DNA from: an uncultured Desulfatibacillum sp.
GTDB taxonomy: Bacteria > Desulfobacterota > Desulfobacteria > Desulfobacterales > SpSt-501
Reading direction: 5' to 3'
DNA length: 64,000 bases
Assembly: GCA_964562235.1 (NCBI GenBank)
Contig: CAZLSV010000014.1
Coordinates: 15,984 to 79,983 of the forward strand
Part shown: one piece after another, positions 63,142 to 64,000 of the stretch
How positions within the stretch are numbered: the stretch's first letter is position 1
Layout of the letters: each line of letters begins with the position of its first letter
Notes under the pieces: model-generated
What the model was told of the DNA's origin: nothing
The model's input: the letters and a program-made list of their open reading frames with translations, nothing else
Databases searched by the model: none
Program-made: the position numbers and the translations under genes

Positions 63142-63576
63142 ATGTTCAAGGAGTTCAAAGAGTTTGCCATGCGCGGAAACGTTCTCGACATGGCTATCGG
63201 AATTATCATCGGCGCGGCTTTCGGCAAGATCGTCTCTTCCTTCGTGGCCGACGTCCTGATGCCGCCCATCGGCCTGCTTCTGGGGAAAGTGGACTTCTCC
63301 AATCTCTTCATCAATCTCAGCGGCCAAAGCTACCCGAGCCTCGAGGCCGCCAAGGCCGCCGGCGCCGCGACCCTGAACTACGGCATGTTTTTTAACACGG
63401 TCATCGACTTCCTGATCGTGGCCTTTGCCATCTTTATGCTGATCAAGCAGGTCAACCGCTTAACGGCCAAGAAGGAAGAAGCCCCGGCGGCCCCGACAAC
63501 CAAGGACTGCCCGCGCTGTCTGTCGCAGATTCCGATTAAAGCCACCCGCTGCGGGCACTGCACCTCCGATATATAA
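63142..63576 (+). CDS. mscL: Large-conductance mechanosensitive channel MscL with a C-terminal CxxC..CxxC tail
   Basis: AAAGGAGG precedes the ATG at 63142. [44 protein letters not shown] is the canonical MscL N-terminus. The tail is [22 protein letters not shown]. Confidence 0.9.
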   Translation: MFKEFKEFAMRGNVLDMAIGIIIGAAFGKIVSSFVADVLMPPIGLLLGKVDFSNLFINLSGQSYPSLEAAKAAGAATLNYGMFFNTVIDFLIVAFAIFMLIKQVNRLTAKKEEAPAAPTTKDCPRCLSQIPIKATRCGHCTSDI

Positions 63577-63749
63577 GCTGCGCATGACACCCCCTTTGTG
63601 GGCTTGGGCTGAGGTGGCCGGGGGAGGGGAACCTTCCGTCATTTCCCCCGGCCGGCTTCGCCCTGAGCAAGCTGGCAGGCGACGCTTGAGGGCATCAGCT
63701 GCGACCATCCCAGCTTCGCTTTCGAAGGCCCATCGTCTAGAGAAATGCC

Positions 63750-64000
63750 ATGAACATCAAGCTCATCTGCGGCTCCGACATCGTGATCAGCAGCTGGCCC
63801 GGCGAGACTCCACGGACCATAGAACAACTGCTGAAAACTGCCAAAATTACACACCCGCAACTGGTTATGGGTTGGCACGAAGAACAGGGGCGCCTGAAGG
63901 AGTATCTGCCGGTCTTCATTAACGGCGAGCACATTCGCTTCCGTCAGGGGCTTGAGACCGAACTGAAGGATGGGGATGAGGTGTACGTCATTCCGTTGAT
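63750..64000 (+). CDS. MoaD/ThiS-family ubiquitin-like small protein; the 3' end runs off the window
   Basis: My own translation from the ATG at 63750 is MNIKLICGSDIVISSWPGETPRTIEQLLKTAKITHPQLVMGWHEEQGRLKEYLPVFINGEHIRFRQGLETELKDGDEVYVIPL.. This is the typical beta-grasp sulfur-carrier pattern (..VN.E....... L.DGDEV.IIP). It is not in the ORF track because no stop is reached. Confidence 0.6.
   Translation, partial: MNIKLICGSDIVISSWPGETPRTIEQLLKTAKITHPQLVMGWHEEQGRLKEYLPVFINGEHIRFRQGLETELKDGDEVYVIPL

Noticed and set aside
63577-63749. A possible Moco riboswitch in the structured 174-nt leader of the MoaD/ThiS-like gene.
   Set aside because: I could not recognise the conserved Moco-motif core from memory. 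There is only a generic hairpin (CCGGGGGA/TCCCCCGG) and a weak second stem. cmscan with Rfam RF01055 is needed, so no claim is made.
1-64000. A search for rRNA, tRNA, tmRNA, transposase, integrase or phage genes.
   Set aside because: I found none on reading the intergenic regions and the ORF translations. The only mobile-like signals are the short non-autonomous repeats reported above. A tRNAscan or Infernal run would be the decisive check.

Overview
This is a GC-rich (roughly 60%+ by eye) bacterial chromosomal segment that is densely coded. I did not see any rRNA, tRNA, CRISPR array, transposase or integrase. The gene content is mostly housekeeping or accessory metabolism and envelope functions, loosely reminiscent of an anaerobic deltaproteobacterium (Desulfobacterota). 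That is only a guess. I support about 60 protein-coding genes from motif-level reading of the supplied translations. Many of the longest ORFs in the track are antisense or alternate-frame artefacts of high GC, or run-on 5' extensions, so I re-set starts where an ATG/GTG with a Shine-Dalgarno-like sequence and a sensible N-terminus exists.

Items worth a second look:
1. A single ORF fuses an RsmG-type and a SpoU/TrmH-type RNA methyltransferase. It is translationally coupled to a Cys-cluster protein and sits beside an unlisted 36-aa ribosomal protein THX gene and an RluA-family gene.
2. Two translationally coupled, paralogous membrane-associated P-loop GTPases may form a dynamin-like pair.
3. 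A roughly 1780-aa head-to-tail double UvrA.
4. Three low-GC long inverted repeats are built from tandem 7-8-nt units. Each abuts or overlaps a gene 3' end.
5. A second family of palindromic intergenic elements has four copies and shares GTTATTGCTCCG and GTACAACGGNAGCCGTTG cores.
6. A mosaic scar of decayed gene fragments includes a roughly 245-bp near-identical direct repeat of an internal asparaginase segment. The two repeat copies lie at either end of a 7-kb IclR/LIV-ABC/creatininase/asparaginase module.
7. A HepT/MntA toxin-antitoxin pair sits in a lower-GC islet.

All functional calls come from remembered family motifs, not from database searches, and need confirmation.
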